From positions 224,752,001 to 224,816,000 of the forward strand of contig NC_058368.1 in NCBI RefSeq assembly GCF_018350175.1: 64,000 nucleotides of DNA. Direction: 5' to 3'. Within the stretch, counting starts at the first letter, position 1. The number at the start of each line of letters is the position of its first letter. The translations under genes were made by a program, and so were the position numbers. This DNA comes from Felis catus. Lineage: Eukaryota. The notes beneath the pieces were generated by a model. That model was given only the letters and a program-made list of their open reading frames with translations. It was not told the DNA's origin and ran no database searches. This document shows, in pieces, positions 61,560-64,000 of this stretch.

Positions 61560-62270
61560 GGACAAATCCCTCTCAGTGACTGTTAAGCCCCCTTCTCTAC
61601 TGCAATTGCTAACTCCATCAGTCTGGATCTCTTTCTTGACTCCATTAGCTACTCCAAATGTTCACATTCAGTCCATCATCATAGGTAGCATACTCCCATG
61701 CGTTGTATTTTTCTCAAAAACTTCCAAATCTCTTCTTCCCACTATCATTACCGTAGTGCTGAAATTGATCATTTCCCTTCTAGATTTTTGGTGAGACTTT
61801 TTATTCTCACTGTTCCAGTGCTGGTCCTGTCCAGTTCATTATATACCATATTGTCAATTGAGGTATTTCTAGAAATAAAGCTGATGGTGCTTAACCCTCT
61901 CTTATTACTTTTGTTAAATTTTTTAATGCTCGTTTTTGAGAGAGAGAGCAAGAGAGAGCGAGCATGTGTGGGGGAGGGGCAGAGAGACAGAGGGAGACAC
62001 CGAATCTGAAGCGGACTCCAGGCTCTGAGCTGTCAGCCTCGAGCCCTACCGGGGATGGAACTCGGGACCTCAAGGTCATGACCTGAGCTGAAGTCGGCGC
62101 TTAAACGACTGAGCCACCCAGATGCTCCCTCTTTACTTTTAGATAATGTTCACCTTCCCCAATGTTGCCTTCATGAAGCTTCATAATCATGGTTCCTATT
62201 TACTGCTCTTAGGAATCTCCGTCAGATCAAAGCCCTTACCCCAGTTCATCTAACTGTGACTCGTTGTGAG
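61560..62270 (+). mobile_element. L2 remnant interrupted by a SINE
   Basis: cacattcagtccatcatc...ctcttcttcccactatcattacc...atttctagaaataaagctgat. Confidence 0.55.
61913..62129 (-). mobile_element. SINEC
   Basis: Antisense SINE; partial TSD ttactttt. Confidence 0.93.
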
Positions 62271-62311
62271 CTCCTCAAGATGGTCTGTGTGTGTGTGTGC
62301 TCCCCGAGTCT

Positions 62312-62512
62312 AAAAAAAATTTTTTTTGAGAGAGAGAGAGAGCACACAAGCAGGGGGAAGAGGCAGAGAGAGAGAGGGAGAGAGAGAATCTCAAGGAGGC
62401 TCCACACTCAGTACAGAGCCCCCATGCAGGGCTCGATCTCAGGACTGTGAGATCACGCCCTGAGCCAATATCAAGACCCAGACGCTCAACCAATGGAGCC
62501 ACCCAGTTGCCC
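62312..62512 (-). mobile_element. SINEC
   Basis: gagagagaatctcaag...gggctcgatctc...gagccacccagttgccc. Confidence 0.92.
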
Positions 62513-62779
62513 ATAATTTTTTATATAAAAAAATTGTTCATACTGGTAGGAAATTTAAGAGAACATAGTGACAGATAAGTAGGTACCCTATAGCATAGAT
62601 GAAAAAATTTGCAAATCAATAAAACTAACATGGTGCAATGTGAGATATTTGATCTATGATTGAAGTTCTCATTTATTCCCCTCTCTAGTCCCATGTCTTT
62701 ATCTTTCTGTCACTATAATGAAGTTGTTATCATTTTTTTTCCACTACATTTTTACTAGATATTTCTGCATTCACATAAG

Positions 62780-63073
62780 ACCGTAAGCATATAAACTTCC
62801 AGTTATAAAATGAGCAGGTCCTAAAGATCTAATGTATAATATGATTGTAGTCAGTAATACTGTATAAGATTACTAAGAAATGCTAAGAGATTAGATCATA
62901 AATATTTTCCCTGCAAAAAAAAAAAAATGATGATTTCATGGCACGATGAGTGTGTTCTCCAACACGGTGATAATCATTTTGCAGTAGACAAATGTATCCA
63001 ATCAGCATTTTGTACACTTTAAACATACAAATGTTATATGTCAATTATGTGTCAGTAAAGCTAAGGAAAAAAA
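62780..63073 (+). mobile_element. L1 3' end (L1_Carn/L1MA-like)
   Basis: aaacttccagttataaaatgag...taatactgtat...aatgttatatgtcaattatgtgtcagtaaagct plus A-tail. Confidence 0.85.
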
Positions 63074-63239
63074 GACTAGTTAAGTATCTTCTAGAAGGAT
63101 AGTGACCCCTTTGGTTTTGTTCAATGCTACATGCGAAAACATAAAATGGAAAAACACATGAAACACACAAACAGGTATGTCATGTGTGTATATATAATAC
63201 ATATATATATGTATATATTATTTTATATAATACATGTGA

Positions 63240-64000
63240 ATGTATGTTTACCTCTTTAAAAATATCTAAAACTAAGTTAGAAAATACAGTGCAATGGATT
63301 ATTGATGAGTGATCATGCCTGTGCAATCACAGCACAGACCAAGATATTGAGCAACAACAGCACTGAAGAAGCTCCTTTCTTGCTTCTATCTTAACTATCA
63401 GGACTGTACTGATTTCTAAAACCATAGATTAGTTTTGCCTGGTTTTGAACTTAATATAAATCAAGTCATACAAGTATTATTCTTTTGAAATGCATTGCTT
63501 TCTCCAATATTATATTTGTCATATCCACCTATGTTGTCGCAGGTAACAGTCATTCATTCATTTCACCACCATGATATTCCATTGCGTGAACATACCATGG
63601 ACTTTAACTCTTTTTTGTTACATTTATATATTTATTTTTAAGGGGGAGGGGCAGAGAGAGAGGGAGAGAGAGAATCCCGAGCAGGCTCCACAATGTCAGC
63701 GCAGAGTCAGATGCAGGGCTTGACCTCACAAAATCGTGAGATCATGACCTGAGCTGAAATCAAGAGTTGGATGCCTAACCAACTGAGCCACCCAGGCACC
63801 CCTTAACTCTTCTAAAATTGGTGTGTATGGGAGTTGTTTTCATTCCTTGATAAGAGTAATCAGTGGTGTTATCCTCATCCATGATGTGTGGTGTGTATGT
63901 GTATGGATGTCTATTGGGTAAACAACTATCAGTGGGAATGCTGGGCTATAAGGATCGTATACATTTAACTCTAAGAGGTAATGCATGTGAGCTTTCAAAT
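63240..64000 (-). mobile_element. Ancient L1ME-like 3' region interrupted by a SINE
   Basis: ccatagattagttttgcctggttttgaactt, atattccattgcgtgaacatacca, gtgggaatgctgggctataagg. Confidence 0.8.
63613..63802 (-). mobile_element. SINEC
   Basis: TSD ttaactctt; ends ctgagccacccaggcacccc. Confidence 0.94.

Noticed and set aside
849..62514. Many ORFs with GGAEREGDTESEAGSRL or AQSLEPASDSVSPSLSAPP peptides
   Set aside because: Translations of the two strands of the SINE consensus; no gene context.
1..64000. CRISPR array, operon or other prokaryote-style system
   Set aside because: Mammalian repeat-rich DNA; recurring ~30-nt motifs are dispersed SINE parts, not regularly spaced repeat-spacer units.

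Overview
Mammalian, almost certainly felid (cat-lineage), non-coding genomic DNA, either intergenic or deep intronic. It is AT-rich and CpG-depleted. It holds about 30 tRNA-derived carnivore SINEs (CAN-SINE/SINEC_Fc type, many with clear target-site duplications), a young feline L1 3' end, and many decayed L1, L2, MIR, MaLR/ERVL and DNA-transposon (MER5, MER20, MER58, MADE2) relics. I recognised no protein-coding gene, and the ORF track is explained by SINEs, simple repeats and chance. The most notable structures are: (1) a ~1.45 kb chimeric insertion at 789-2234 (SINE head + ~1.2 kb of unrelated DNA + second SINE) inside one perfect 14-bp TSD; (2) an intact, CpG-rich gammaretrovirus-type solo LTR at 33238-33613 with a 4-bp TSD and CCAAT/TATA/AATAAA, inserted in an ancient ERVL/MaLR internal fragment; (3) several nested AT-rich fold-back palindromes (20206-20465, 45519-45710, 21437-21535); (4) a three-layer SINE/L1/SINE nest at 5617-6657. 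I found no convincing evidence of a new gene system. Repeat family names are from memory of consensus sequences and boundaries of old elements are approximate.
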